NCBI GenBank assembly: GCA_964348825.1
Contig: CAYGDX010000001.1
Location: 367,463-431,462 of the forward strand
From: an uncultured Gammaproteobacteria bacterium
Lineage (GTDB): Bacteria > Patescibacteriota > Patescibacteriia > Veblenbacterales > UBA10138
Reading direction: 5' to 3'
Length of the DNA: 64,000 bases
Each line of letters opens with the position of its first letter. Position 1 is the stretch's first letter. A program made the translations under genes and the position numbers. Below the pieces are notes generated by a model that saw only the letters and a program-made list of their open reading frames with translations, did no database searches and was not told the origin of the DNA. Shown here piece after piece: positions 9,117-18,562 of this stretch.

Positions 9117-10523
9117 ATGAGTTTAGATTTATTCAACACCTTATCACGTCAAAAAGAAGAGTTTAAGCCCCTACAAGCTGGGCAGGTGGGCCTATATACT
9201 TGTGGGCCAACGGTTTATGCTGCGCCGCATTTGGGAAATTTGCGTACTTATATTTTTGAAGATATTTTAAAACGCACATTGCTAGCAAACGATTACAAAG
9301 TTAAGCATGTGATGAATATTACTGATGTCGGACATTTAGTAAGCGACGCGGATGAGGGTGAAGATAAAATGGAAAAAGGTTCGCGGGCGACAGGCAAAAC
9401 CGTGTGGGAGATAGCCACCGAATTCACGCAGGAATTTAAAAATAATTTAGTTGACCTTAATATTTTACCACCTGATATTTATTGCCCGGCGACTGATTAT
9501 ATTTCCGAGCAGATTGATTTAATAAAAAAGTTAGAGGCTAAGGGTTTTACTTATGTAATACCCGATGGTGTTTATTTTGATACTTCAAAATTATCTGATT
9601 ATGGCAAACTCGCGCGCCTTGATTTGGAAGGATTAAAAGCTGGCGCGCGAGTAGAAATTGCTAGTGGTAAAAAAAATATTACTGATTTTGCGCTTTGGAA
9701 ATTATCTTATTCTGGTGGAAGGTCTTTCGACCCAGCTCAAGACGACGCGAAGTCGCGTCGTCAAATGGAGTGGGATTCGCCTTGGGGTAAGGGTTTTCCA
9801 GGTTGGCATATTGAATGCAGTGCTATGAGTATGAAATACTTAGGCGAAATATTTGATATTCATTGTGGTGGCATTGACCATATTCCAGTGCATCATACTA
9901 ATGAAATCGCCCAAAGCGAAGCTGTAACTGGTAAAGTGCCAGCCAATTTTTGGATGCATGGCGAATTTATGGTGGTGGATGAAAAACGAATGGGAAAATC
10001 TGAAGGCAATGCTATGACTTTAGATTGGTTAAAAGAACAAAATATTTCACCACTTGAGTATCGTTATTTTTGTTTAGGTACTCATTATCGTAAACCACTT
10101 AGTTTTTCTTTGGAGGCGATTGTAAGCGCATCTAAAGCGCTTAAGAATATCCAAGCTAAAGTAGCTACTATGGTTGAAGTTCAAATCGGTTGCGCTGAAT
10201 TAGAGCAGAAATTTAAAGAAGCGATTAATGATGATTTAAATACACCGCAAGCGCTCGCCGTAGTGTGGGAAGTTTTAAAATCAAATTATCCAGATGGCGT
10301 TAAAAAAGCCTCATTACTTAAAATAGATGAAGTGTTGGGTTTGGGGTTAAAAGATATAAAATTAGTAGTTATACCACCAGCAGTTCAAACATTTGCAGAT
10401 GAACGTGAACAAGCGCGCCACGACAAAGATTTTACCAAGGCCGATGTAATTAGACAAAGTATAAAAGAATTGGGTTTTACAGTAGACGACACCGACTTTG
10501 GTCCAGTAATAAAAAAATTATAG
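9117..10523 (+). CDS. cysS: Cysteinyl-tRNA synthetase
   Basis: HLGN (HIGH-type) motif, KMGKS (KMSKS) motif and the Zn-binding Cys at CGPTVY. Confidence 0.9.
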   Translation: MSLDLFNTLSRQKEEFKPLQAGQVGLYTCGPTVYAAPHLGNLRTYIFEDILKRTLLANDYKVKHVMNITDVGHLVSDADEGEDKMEKGSRATGKTVWEIATEFTQEFKNNLVDLNILPPDIYCPATDYISEQIDLIKKLEAKGFTYVIPDGVYFDTSKLSDYGKLARLDLEGLKAGARVEIASGKKNITDFALWKLSYSGGRSFDPAQDDAKSRRQMEWDSPWGKGFPGWHIECSAMSMKYLGEIFDIHCGGIDHIPVHHTNEIAQSEAVTGKVPANFWMHGEFMVVDEKRMGKSEGNAMTLDWLKEQNISPLEYRYFCLGTHYRKPLSFSLEAIVSASKALKNIQAKVATMVEVQIGCAELEQKFKEAINDDLNTPQALAVVWEVLKSNYPDGVKKASLLKIDEVLGLGLKDIKLVVIPPAVQTFADEREQARHDKDFTKADVIRQSIKELGFTVDDTDFGPVIKKL

Positions 10524-10540
10524 CTATTACTTTGATTACT

Positions 10541-10633
10541 TCAACAACATACCAACATACTCCAGTTTGTTGGTATGTTGTTTTATTATCTAATTATGTC
10601 CGGCCGGACATAATTAGATAATAAAGTTTTTTT
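10541..10633 (+). terminator. Tandem intrinsic terminators downstream of cysS, including a perfect 42-bp palindrome
   Basis: Hairpin AACATAC...GTATGTTG followed by TTTT. Then TTATTATCTAATTATGTCCGG|CCGGACATAATTAGATAATAA at 10583-10624, followed by AGTTTTTTT. Confidence 0.65.
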
Positions 10634-10643
10634 AGGAAAATTT

Positions 10644-10716
10644 GGAAAATAAAAAAACGGTTCAGAATTTTTTGATTAGTGACTTATTGTCAAAAATCTC
10701 AATTCCGAACCGTTGT
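10644..10716 (-). terminator. Putative intrinsic terminator for the minus-strand secreted-protein gene
   Basis: Inverted repeat AACGGTTCAGAATT...AATTCCGAACCGTT, followed on the minus strand by a TTTTTTTATTTT run. The loop is large. Confidence 0.4.
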
Positions 10717-10764
10717 GTTCGTATGTTACGATTGGGTCAGCTAATCAATCGCAACGTACTTAAA

Positions 10765-13014
10765 TTATTTCTGCAGGATCATTCGCTCGTTTTGGACGAA
10801 TTCACCGGCTTGTAAACGATAGACATACACACCGCTTGGTAAATCAGAAGCGTTAAAGTCAACCGAACGCTCCCCCGCTTCCTGTTGAACCCCATTTAAC
10901 AATGTTGCCACTTCCTGCCCCAGCATATTGTACACCCTAAGTGTAACACTTGTTGCTATGGGTAAGCTGTAACGAATTGTTGTTGTAGGATTAAACGGAT
11001 TGGGGAAGTTTTGTTGGAGCGCAAACTGTTTGGGTGTTGAAGTTACATCATCACCCACGCCAGTTACTCCTGAAACTTCAACATTGATATTCTCAGTAGT
11101 AGTAAAATAACTACCCTTAAGATTCTCAAGAGAAAGTTGGAGGTTATCAACCGAACCTAGCATCACAATTTCCACTAAAGTTGCTTCATTTGCCATAATA
11201 CTGTCGTACCGAGCAAATGAAACCAAACCATCAGTAGTGTAATAATTTGCTAATTCTTCAATGATGCTACCAGGATAAGTTACGCTTTCCACTGTAAGTC
11301 GTGGGTTGAAGTGTAATTTTCCAGTGAATCGCTGTGCCGAACCGTAATTTCCGGTAAAACTAAACGATAACTTTGTTTTACCTTTCATAGTAATCGGAGT
11401 TATCAATACGGTTCCTTCAGCTGGATTGTTACTTTGAATTTGTTTCAATCCAGTTTTACCAAATCCGCTGATCGCGCCTTCGTAAATATTAGTAACATCA
11501 TCGCCATCGGTATCACCATCATAATCACCATCACCTAAATTTTTCACTGGTGGTGTACTGTCCGGCAAAATGTAAGCGTTGTTTAGTTTTACAGCATCGG
11601 CAATAGTATGATTATAATTCATATTCACATCAAGACGTGAATAGAAATATAGACGCGTTTTTGGCGTCCAAGCTGTAAAATCATCGTCGCCAGCAACATC
11701 AGCTAAAACTGCGTCGGTTAGATAGATGTCGGATGTACTGTTGTATGAGACGATTCCAATGGTCGCCAATTTGAAATCAGAGCTATTAAAGCCACTGGAA
11801 TTCATACCTCCAACACGAATGTTGTTGGTACAATAAAACCGATTAGTACCCTTACGCGCTGAAAAACCGTTATGACCTTCGATATCCATCATCCACTGTT
11901 GATCGTGATAAGTATTGTCAGACAAATCAACCTGATAGGCTGCTAAATTATACGGGTTACGGTAGATTGTTAGATTAGATTCAGTTGTATCACCATAAGT
12001 ACCAGCCGCGCCGTTTAAAACTAATATCGGTCTTTGTTGAGCGGCTTGAGCAAAGTAGGCAATTGTTGAGCTACTTAGTTGGTCATTTTCAGTGATGTTA
12101 AAAGACTCCCACGGCAAATTGCGAGCAGTAGCTTCAGCCGAATCAAGATTTACCCCATACTCTCGAAGTAACCATCTTGTTTCGTCCATCTCGTTGTTGT
12201 AGTTATTACACTGATCTTTTTTGAATAGACTAAGTAGAACATCGCGTAAGTACCAACCATACATATTATAGTTATATTGCTGTTCGTCTGACCACCATGA
12301 TATTCCACCAATAGCTTGTAGGTGACGGTAAGCAGGAGTAGTGAGAGTGTTTGGCACTTCATATTCGGGCAAGTTCATCTTATTGATACAAAACAGTGTA
12401 TCAATCATTTTGGCAAAATCGCCGTAGGTAACCGGATTAACTGCTGGAGGCAATATGATTGAAATATAATGATGGACCAACGGTAACCCATTTGCATTGT
12501 AACGAATCCCAGTAGTTAGATCGGTGACAATAATAGTTTGGGTTATTAAATTATAATGGCCAACTTTATAGGGTACGTCCGCTATAATTTGTAATTCAAC
12601 CGTTGTCCCTTTTGTGATGGAAAGATTAATTCCATCATCTAAGCTGTACCACATTACATTGTTAACACTATCGAGCATTCTTAAACCTAAGGATTCAGGA
12701 CCAGATGAATTAGTTGTCATAATAATTCTATCAATCCTAATGTCACTAGGAGATGTTGTTGGAACTGTAATCCTGAGTCTCGCATGGATTACATTATTTG
12801 TTCCAGCCAATACCTCTTGGATTGCTTCCCCTTCACCTATCTCGCATTTAATAGGTGGTGGTGTTGGTATTGGACAACCTGGGCATGGTGGTGGATTTCC
12901 ACCGTCGCCACCGCCATCTGGAGGTGGAACTTGTGCGAACGAATTTGTTGCGCTGAAAGTCAGGAATAAAACCCCGACAATAATTAATATTGTTAAAGAG
13001 AAAATAGATTTCAT
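10765..13014 (-). CDS. Large secreted protein with a type IX secretion system (Por) C-terminal sorting domain. It has an N-terminal signal peptide, a Pro/Gly-rich CxxC linker and a DGDYDGDTDGDD Ca-binding-like repeat
   Basis: The C-terminal roughly 80 aa (NFPNPFNPTTTIRYSLP...VTLRVYNMLGQEVATL...SGVYVYRLQAGEF) match the T9SS CTD consensus. The signal peptide is MKSIFSLTILIIVGVLFLTFSATNSFAQ. Local GC and codon usage look higher than in neighbouring genes. Confidence 0.7.
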   Translation of the reverse strand: MKSIFSLTILIIVGVLFLTFSATNSFAQVPPPDGGGDGGNPPPCPGCPIPTPPPIKCEIGEGEAIQEVLAGTNNVIHARLRITVPTTSPSDIRIDRIIMTTNSSGPESLGLRMLDSVNNVMWYSLDDGINLSITKGTTVELQIIADVPYKVGHYNLITQTIIVTDLTTGIRYNANGLPLVHHYISIILPPAVNPVTYGDFAKMIDTLFCINKMNLPEYEVPNTLTTPAYRHLQAIGGISWWSDEQQYNYNMYGWYLRDVLLSLFKKDQCNNYNNEMDETRWLLREYGVNLDSAEATARNLPWESFNITENDQLSSSTIAYFAQAAQQRPILVLNGAAGTYGDTTESNLTIYRNPYNLAAYQVDLSDNTYHDQQWMMDIEGHNGFSARKGTNRFYCTNNIRVGGMNSSGFNSSDFKLATIGIVSYNSTSDIYLTDAVLADVAGDDDFTAWTPKTRLYFYSRLDVNMNYNHTIADAVKLNNAYILPDSTPPVKNLGDGDYDGDTDGDDVTNIYEGAISGFGKTGLKQIQSNNPAEGTVLITPITMKGKTKLSFSFTGNYGSAQRFTGKLHFNPRLTVESVTYPGSIIEELANYYTTDGLVSFARYDSIMANEATLVEIVMLGSVDNLQLSLENLKGSYFTTTENINVEVSGVTGVGDDVTSTPKQFALQQNFPNPFNPTTTIRYSLPIATSVTLRVYNMLGQEVATLLNGVQQEAGERSVDFNASDLPSGVYVYRLQAGEFVQNERMILQK

Positions 13015-13214
13015 ACGAAATCCCTTTATATTGGTTTTGAATGTGCCACCTTGTCCCGCCTTGTGAGCATTAGGATTAAGTAGCTGTTATTTGTATTTTA
13101 ATTTTCGAACTAATTTACCATAGAATTATAAATCTGTCAAGCATATCCACCGATTAGGTGGAGACAAATTTTATTCTATGGCGCTATATTTAACGCTTTT
13201 ACCTATATTTACTT

Positions 13215-13253
13215 ACAAAAAAATACCTAGCCAAACATAAAAATTTGGCTAGG
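13215..13253 (-). terminator. Intrinsic terminator after the small minus-strand membrane ORFs
   Basis: 10-bp stem CCTAGCCAAA/TTTGGCTAGG with an 8-nt loop, followed on the minus strand by a T7 run. Confidence 0.6.
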
Positions 13254-13265
13254 ATTAGGGAAAAT

Positions 13266-13460
13266 TCAATTTAAATATATATCTGATAATAAATCACTTG
13301 GCGTGTTAAGGTACAGCTCCTTTTGGTAGTCATATTCACTCATTTGATTATTTAATAGCCATGATTTTTTAAAAGACACACCGAGTGTATTAAGTGCTAA
13401 CCCAATAGCAATCCATAAACTAATTGAACAAGTTAATATAACTTGAGCATCATTGATCAT
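13266..13460 (-). CDS. Small hydrophobic protein (64 aa), hypothetical
   Basis: Its ATG overlaps the TGA stop of an upstream 56-aa ORF (ATGA overlap). Confidence 0.35.
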   Translation of the reverse strand: MINDAQVILTCSISLWIAIGLALNTLGVSFKKSWLLNNQMSEYDYQKELYLNTPSDLLSDIYLN

Positions 13461-13627
13461 AGTTCCACTCCGTTTTTAACTACCACATCTTGGTCAGAAA
13501 GTTTTACGCGTAAAATATTCATAACCATTGGTGTTATACCAATAATGCCGTAAGCTAGTGTTAGCAATAAGCTAAATAATACACAAAGAACAAATATAGC
13601 ACCGTGAAATAATTTTTGAAAGATCAT
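13457..13627 (-). CDS. Small membrane protein (56 aa, MIFQKLFHGAIFVLCVLFSLLLTLAYGIIGITPMVMNILRVKLSDQDVVVKNGVEL), hypothetical
   Basis: Hand-translated ORF below the track's size cut-off. Its stop overlaps the start of the next small ORF. Confidence 0.3.
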   Translation of the reverse strand: MIFQKLFHGAIFVLCVLFSLLLTLAYGIIGITPMVMNILRVKLSDQDVVVKNGVEL

Positions 13628-13697
13628 TTTTACTCCTGATTATTTTTTTGATTTTGATTTAATATATTTGTTTTTAAATTACTCTTAATACTTAGGG

Positions 13698-13726
13698 TTG
13701 TCAAATCGAAAAAAATTAGTTATAAT
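13698..13726 (+). promoter_or_regulatory. Near-consensus sigma70-type promoter for the dus gene, with an almost leaderless start
   Basis: TTGTCA at 13698-13703, a 17-nt spacer, then TATAAT at 13721-13726. The ATG is at 13738 with no Shine-Dalgarno sequence. Confidence 0.5.
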
Positions 13727-13737
13727 ATCACGGCTTT

Positions 13738-14754
13738 ATGAATGATAATTTTTGGACAAAATTACCAAAACCAATTTTAGCTCTCGCCCCTATGGCGGGG
13801 GTAACAGATTTTGCTTTTCGGCAAATGTGTAAAAGTTATGGCGCTGATGTTATTTATACTGAATTTGCTTCGGCCAATGCTTTGGTGTATGAGAATGCTA
13901 AAACTAAAGATATGATTAAATTCTCCTCCACCGAACAACCAGTGGTTTGTCAGATTTTTGGTAATCAACCCGAAATGTTTTTTAAAGCCGCTAAAATTTT
14001 GGAAGAAATGGGTTTTGCAGGCGTAGATATAAATTTTGGCTGCCCGGCGTACAAAGTAGTAAAAACTGGTGGCGGAGTAAGCTTGATGCGTAATTTAAAT
14101 TTGTGTTATGAAATTGTACAAGCCACTTGTGAGGCAGTAAAAATTCCCGTATCTATAAAAATACGAGCTAGTATTAAGCATAACCAAAATACGAAGGATA
14201 AAATTGAAGGTGGCGCCAGTGATGATTGCCAAGATGTTTGTTCAACCGACACTGTAACCGCGGTTGATTTGGTTAATAGAATTGGGAAATTGCCAGTGGG
14301 TGCGATTATGATTCACGCTCGTTCATTTGAACAACCATTTGATGGCGAACCAAAATTAGAGATTATCAATGAAGTGAGGAAAGTGTGGTCAGGAATTTTA
14401 ATTGCCAATGGTGGTATTAGCACGCCTGAAAAAGCTAAAGAAATTTTAAATACCACTTTCGCCGATGGGGTTGGCTTAGCACGTGGGGCTTGGGGGCATC
14501 CGTGGCTATTTAAACAAACTAAAGATTACTTAAAAACTGGTGAGTATGAAATACCAGTTTGGGGAGAGATTAAGCGAGATATAATAAAACACGCACGCTT
14601 AGCTTTTGAAAATAGCGGCACACACGGTTTAATTGAACTACGCAAGCATTTGGGTTGGTATGTGAAAGGTTTTCCAAGTGCCTCTGAAATTCGAGCCAAA
14701 TTAATGACTTGTAGAAGTGTGGAAGAAATAGAAAATGTTTTGAATAATAATTAA
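13738..14754 (+). CDS. tRNA-dihydrouridine synthase (Dus family, FMN-dependent)
   Basis: LAPMAGVTDFAFRQMC...VDINFGCP...IANGGI conserved Dus motifs. Confidence 0.85.
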   Translation: MNDNFWTKLPKPILALAPMAGVTDFAFRQMCKSYGADVIYTEFASANALVYENAKTKDMIKFSSTEQPVVCQIFGNQPEMFFKAAKILEEMGFAGVDINFGCPAYKVVKTGGGVSLMRNLNLCYEIVQATCEAVKIPVSIKIRASIKHNQNTKDKIEGGASDDCQDVCSTDTVTAVDLVNRIGKLPVGAIMIHARSFEQPFDGEPKLEIINEVRKVWSGILIANGGISTPEKAKEILNTTFADGVGLARGAWGHPWLFKQTKDYLKTGEYEIPVWGEIKRDIIKHARLAFENSGTHGLIELRKHLGWYVKGFPSASEIRAKLMTCRSVEEIENVLNNN

Positions 14755-14770
14755 GCGTATAATTTTAAAT

Positions 14771-14810
14771 AAAAAAATAAGCCCACTCGAAGTAAGGTGG
14801 GCTTTGTAAT
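14771..14810. terminator. Bidirectional intrinsic terminator between convergent genes
   Basis: AAGCCCAC/GTGGGCTT stem flanked by an A-run on one side and a T-rich run on the other. Confidence 0.55.
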
Positions 14811-14826
14811 AATAAAAATATAATAT

Positions 14827-15225
14827 TTAGCTATTGAGTGGCAACTCAATAATATTATTTTGTAAATTTTGAAAATTAAAATTTTTCGCGCCCAAATGTG
14901 TAGCTAAACCACTATTTACAATTGTACTTTTAAAACCATTGTAACCGAGTTTTTCACAAATATTGTACAAGGTTTGTTGAGCGTCGGTAGGAGTTTTTTG
15001 AACAAGTTTTCCAATCTTAGTAAAATCTACATCTACAATATGCGAATCACAATTTTCCAAAAATTTTGTTAGGAAATTGTATTCGTCTTGTTTCAAGATA
15101 CGATTACCGTGTTCATTTAGCAACTTTAAAATCGCTGTAGAATGGTTGTTATCGTTTATTCTTATTGGATAAACTTTAAGGTGGTACAAAATGTGAAGCA
15201 GGGCTAACGAATTTGCTTTTAACAT
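14827..15225 (-). CDS. Hypothetical protein
   Basis: 132 aa ORF with no recognisable motif. Confidence 0.35.
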   Translation of the reverse strand: MLKANSLALLHILYHLKVYPIRINDNNHSTAILKLLNEHGNRILKQDEYNFLTKFLENCDSHIVDVDFTKIGKLVQKTPTDAQQTLYNICEKLGYNGFKSTIVNSGLATHLGAKNFNFQNLQNNIIELPLNS

Positions 15226-15313
15226 AGTTATCCTATTATTTTTGTTTGGTTTTTGATTTTGGTTGGTTATTTAGGTTTGTTTCAAACAATCTTACATTAA
15301 TATAAATTTTATG

Positions 15314-15967
15314 TCAATTTTTTTCAAGCCATTCTGGTAACCATTTATCTACTATCTTTAAAGCATCTTTTTCAGCTTGATCTAAAACTTCTTTGGGTGT
15401 TTTAAGGTGATCTTTACGCCAAGATGGGATAACTGAGTAAAGTATAGCCTGACGCATTAAAATCATTCGGTAATCTTTATCGCTACGAGCCAGTTCAGCT
15501 AGCGCATGATTAATTGACCAAAATAAGCTGCGATATTCTCCGCCCGATGTTTCCATTATGTGTTTAATATCAGCACTTAACCCCTTATTAATATCTGGTA
15601 GAAAAATACGATTTATTTCTGGTTGTTTAGAATTTTTAAAAAACTTTTCATCACTACTAGCTTCATTCAATATTTTTTCAATATCTTTTTTTCTTAATTC
15701 TAGTTTTTGTAATTCGATGGGTGTACAATCTCCCATTTTTCCAGTTAGCGCTTCTTTAATGTTTATTAATTCGCTACGGTAGCTATTTAAAATTTCCCAG
15801 TGGTCAGACGCCTTATCGTTATTTTCAAATTTTTTTACTTGTTCAGAATCAACGCGAACTTCACCGCTTGATTCATCAATTCGCTCTGCATTATTAAAAA
15901 ATTCTGTAAAACCCTCCTTCATATTACCTACTCTTAGAATTAACCCGCGAACCAAAGCGCACATCAA
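15314..15967 (-). CDS. Hypothetical protein
   Basis: 217 aa ORF, acidic and helical, with no recognisable motif. Confidence 0.35.
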   Translation of the reverse strand: MMCALVRGLILRVGNMKEGFTEFFNNAERIDESSGEVRVDSEQVKKFENNDKASDHWEILNSYRSELINIKEALTGKMGDCTPIELQKLELRKKDIEKILNEASSDEKFFKNSKQPEINRIFLPDINKGLSADIKHIMETSGGEYRSLFWSINHALAELARSDKDYRMILMRQAILYSVIPSWRKDHLKTPKEVLDQAEKDALKIVDKWLPEWLEKN

Positions 15968-16805
15968 TATACTCGGCTTTGCTTAGGAAGTCCTCACCTT
16001 TTTCAGCTATAAATTTAACTAAGGTTAGTAGTTGAGCATCAAGCGGACGACTAGTGGTAACTAAAATATAAAAACCATTCTCAGTTATTACTCGCCAAGT
16101 TGGTAGATCTTTGGGGTTATAATTAATTTTAGAGATTTTTATATTTGGTAGCCGAGGCGTCCAAGTAGCACTTAGTTCACCTAAAAATTCCGCTGATTTA
16201 TCGTCAAGTATACTGTCGCCTAAATTTAACTCTTTATCTGACACATCATTGATTAAAATATAAGGTGTAGTGTCGCCTGCGTTGTATTTCATTAATTTGC
16301 CATTTCTATCTAGTAAAAAAATTTCTTTGTCATTTTGCCACTTAGCTACTACTACATCTTGGGTTAAGGAAACCCTCAAAACATTTGGCCATTGCTTTTG
16401 AAATTCAGCACTATTGGCTGCAAAATTTTGGGTTAAATTTTCTTTGGCGCGGGCTTCATTAAAAAATAGTAAATTATTTTGTGGTATAACTAGCGCCCAA
16501 AAATTACGAGTGTAACCGCGTACTAATTCTGCAATTTCAGTTCTAGTAGTTGGTGTTTTTACACCGGTTACAATAATATTTCTAATTTGAAGGATTGGCG
16601 AATAAACTATTACTACCACTAATGCAAATAAACCAATCAAGGTGAGTCGAAAGGGCCAAGATTGTAACATACTGGTATGACCAGCCCCACGATAGGCCTG
16701 CGACAAATGCCGTACCGAGCTTGGAGTATGATTCACCCGCGGCGCAAAATCGCGCATCGTCACAAGTGTGCGACGTCGTTTTTTATATTTTATTCCTTGT
16801 ACCAT
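15924..16805 (-). CDS. ftsQ: Cell division protein FtsQ/DivIB-like
   Basis: Basic N-terminus, a single TM segment and a POTRA-like region. It lies immediately downstream of ddl, as in dcw clusters. Confidence 0.55.
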   Translation of the reverse strand: MVQGIKYKKRRRTLVTMRDFAPRVNHTPSSVRHLSQAYRGAGHTSMLQSWPFRLTLIGLFALVVVIVYSPILQIRNIIVTGVKTPTTRTEIAELVRGYTRNFWALVIPQNNLLFFNEARAKENLTQNFAANSAEFQKQWPNVLRVSLTQDVVVAKWQNDKEIFLLDRNGKLMKYNAGDTTPYILINDVSDKELNLGDSILDDKSAEFLGELSATWTPRLPNIKISKINYNPKDLPTWRVITENGFYILVTTSRPLDAQLLTLVKFIAEKGEDFLSKAEYIDVRFGSRVNSKSR

Positions 16806-17917
16806 GATTTTTTAGGCTTAAAACTAGTTTGTAATTTTATTTTAGCGGAAGCGCGCTCAATTGCCAAATTAATTAGCTTGTCTAGGAGTTTAATATAAGT
16901 AAGTCCTGAAGCTTCCCAGAGTTTTGGATACATACTAATACTAGTAAACCCGGGGATTGTATTGACTTCGTTTAAATAAATGCGATACGGATTAGCTTGC
17001 ACTAAAAAATCTACTCGGGCCATACCCGCAAGATCTAAAGCTTTAAAAGCCGCCGTGGCGTAATTTTGAATTTCCTTGGCTATTTTAGATGGCAAGGGTG
17101 CGGGAATAACTGCTTGCGATTTACCATCTACATATTTGGCATCGTAATCATAAAATTCATTAGAAGAAATGATTTGGCCAAGTACTGAAGCTTCCGGATT
17201 ATCATTTCCCAGCACCGCACACTCTATTTCTAAAGGATTTGCAACTGCTTGTTCTACAATAATACGGCGGTCATACTTGACGGCTAAATTAATAGCTTGA
17301 ATAAGTCCTTTTTCATTATGGGCCTTACTAATTCCGACCGACGATCCTAAATTTGCTGGTTTAACAAAGCAAGGCAACCCAATCTGTTTTAGAATGTCTT
17401 TAACAAGTAGGGGCTTATTTTTTTGCCAAGCTGAAGCGGTAAAATATGTGAATTTTGGTGTAGGAATGTTATTTGATTCAAAAATCATTTTTTGAGCAAT
17501 TTTATCCATTCCAACTGCAGAGCCAAGCACACCCGCACCCACATAGGGAATACCCGCCAACTCTAAAAGTCCTTGCACTGTACCATCTTCCCCAAATGTA
17601 CCATGGAGCACAGGGAAAATTACATCAAGTGGTGTCGCCGATGTTTTATTAATATTTAAACTGACTAGAGATTTAATAGTTGGGTCAGCTGGCACCATAC
17701 TCGCTAATTGTTTTGGTATTGCAGTTTGACTTTTTAGTATACTCAAAACCTTATCACCTGAAAGCCATTTACCTTCCTTACTAATACCAATCGGTACTAC
17801 TTCATACTTTTTTGGATCCAAGTTTTTTATAATTGAAGTGGCGGAAACCAAAGACACTTCATGCTCGGCCGACCGACCACCAAATAATACACCAACTTTT
17901 ATTCTTTTTGATTTCAT
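16790..17917 (-). CDS. ddl: D-alanine--D-alanine ligase
   Basis: ATP-grasp Ddl motifs: KVGVLFGGRSAEHEVSL...GEDG..QG..E...IPYVG and the C-terminal NEVNTIPGFT. Confidence 0.9.
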   Translation of the reverse strand: MKSKRIKVGVLFGGRSAEHEVSLVSATSIIKNLDPKKYEVVPIGISKEGKWLSGDKVLSILKSQTAIPKQLASMVPADPTIKSLVSLNINKTSATPLDVIFPVLHGTFGEDGTVQGLLELAGIPYVGAGVLGSAVGMDKIAQKMIFESNNIPTPKFTYFTASAWQKNKPLLVKDILKQIGLPCFVKPANLGSSVGISKAHNEKGLIQAINLAVKYDRRIIVEQAVANPLEIECAVLGNDNPEASVLGQIISSNEFYDYDAKYVDGKSQAVIPAPLPSKIAKEIQNYATAAFKALDLAGMARVDFLVQANPYRIYLNEVNTIPGFTSISMYPKLWEASGLTYIKLLDKLINLAIERASAKIKLQTSFKPKKSWYKE

Positions 17918-18558
17918 AGTTTAATTTCTCCATAAATAGCGAGCGGTGCGCCTGATTTCATCGCCCACAATTGATCACCATAATCAAAATGCCACCACTC
18001 TTCTGGGTATTGCATAAAACCAATAGCTAACATAGCTTCACGAAAAATTTTACGATTTTTACGAACCGTTTCGTTTATGGCGTTCTCTTCAAAATATAAA
18101 GGTGAGGCCTCGGGACCAAAATAATCAAAATCTGTACCCATATCTAATTCTTTGCCTACCTGATCAACTAAAGTTAAATCCACTGCCCCACCAGTAGCAT
18201 GAGGTGGAATCCGACCCGGCTCATGTGGTGGTGTTACAAAAGTCCCCACTTCTATCGCTAATTTATTTTCATCCCATTCAGGATGTTTAAGTTTAAACTC
18301 CTCCCAAGTACTTTTATAAAGTGTATTTTGCACTTCTCTGGGGCGAAACCCATCCCAAATTTTAAATTTATAAATTTTTAAATCTTTCTGAATTTCCTGT
18401 AATTTTTTCGCCACACCTACTCGTAAAAACATGCGCTGATTAGTAGTAAATCCTCGGTTAAAATATATTGGATCTAAAATAAAATCAAAACTACTTAAAT
18501 CAACCAGTGGTTCATTATTCTCTTGTATTGGAATTGTTTGATAACTGGCAATGGACAT
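17914..18558 (-). CDS. D-Ala-D-Ala dipeptidase, VanX/DdpX-like (M15D family)
   Basis: WDGFRPREVQ...PHATGGAVDLTL...WWHFDY Zn-ligand motifs. The track ORF runs to 18678, but the likely start is the ATG at 18556-18558, just after the alr stop. Confidence 0.7.
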   Translation of the reverse strand: MSIASYQTIPIQENNEPLVDLSSFDFILDPIYFNRGFTTNQRMFLRVGVAKKLQEIQKDLKIYKFKIWDGFRPREVQNTLYKSTWEEFKLKHPEWDENKLAIEVGTFVTPPHEPGRIPPHATGGAVDLTLVDQVGKELDMGTDFDYFGPEASPLYFEENAINETVRKNRKIFREAMLAIGFMQYPEEWWHFDYGDQLWAMKSGAPLAIYGEIKL

Positions 18559-18562
18559 AAAT

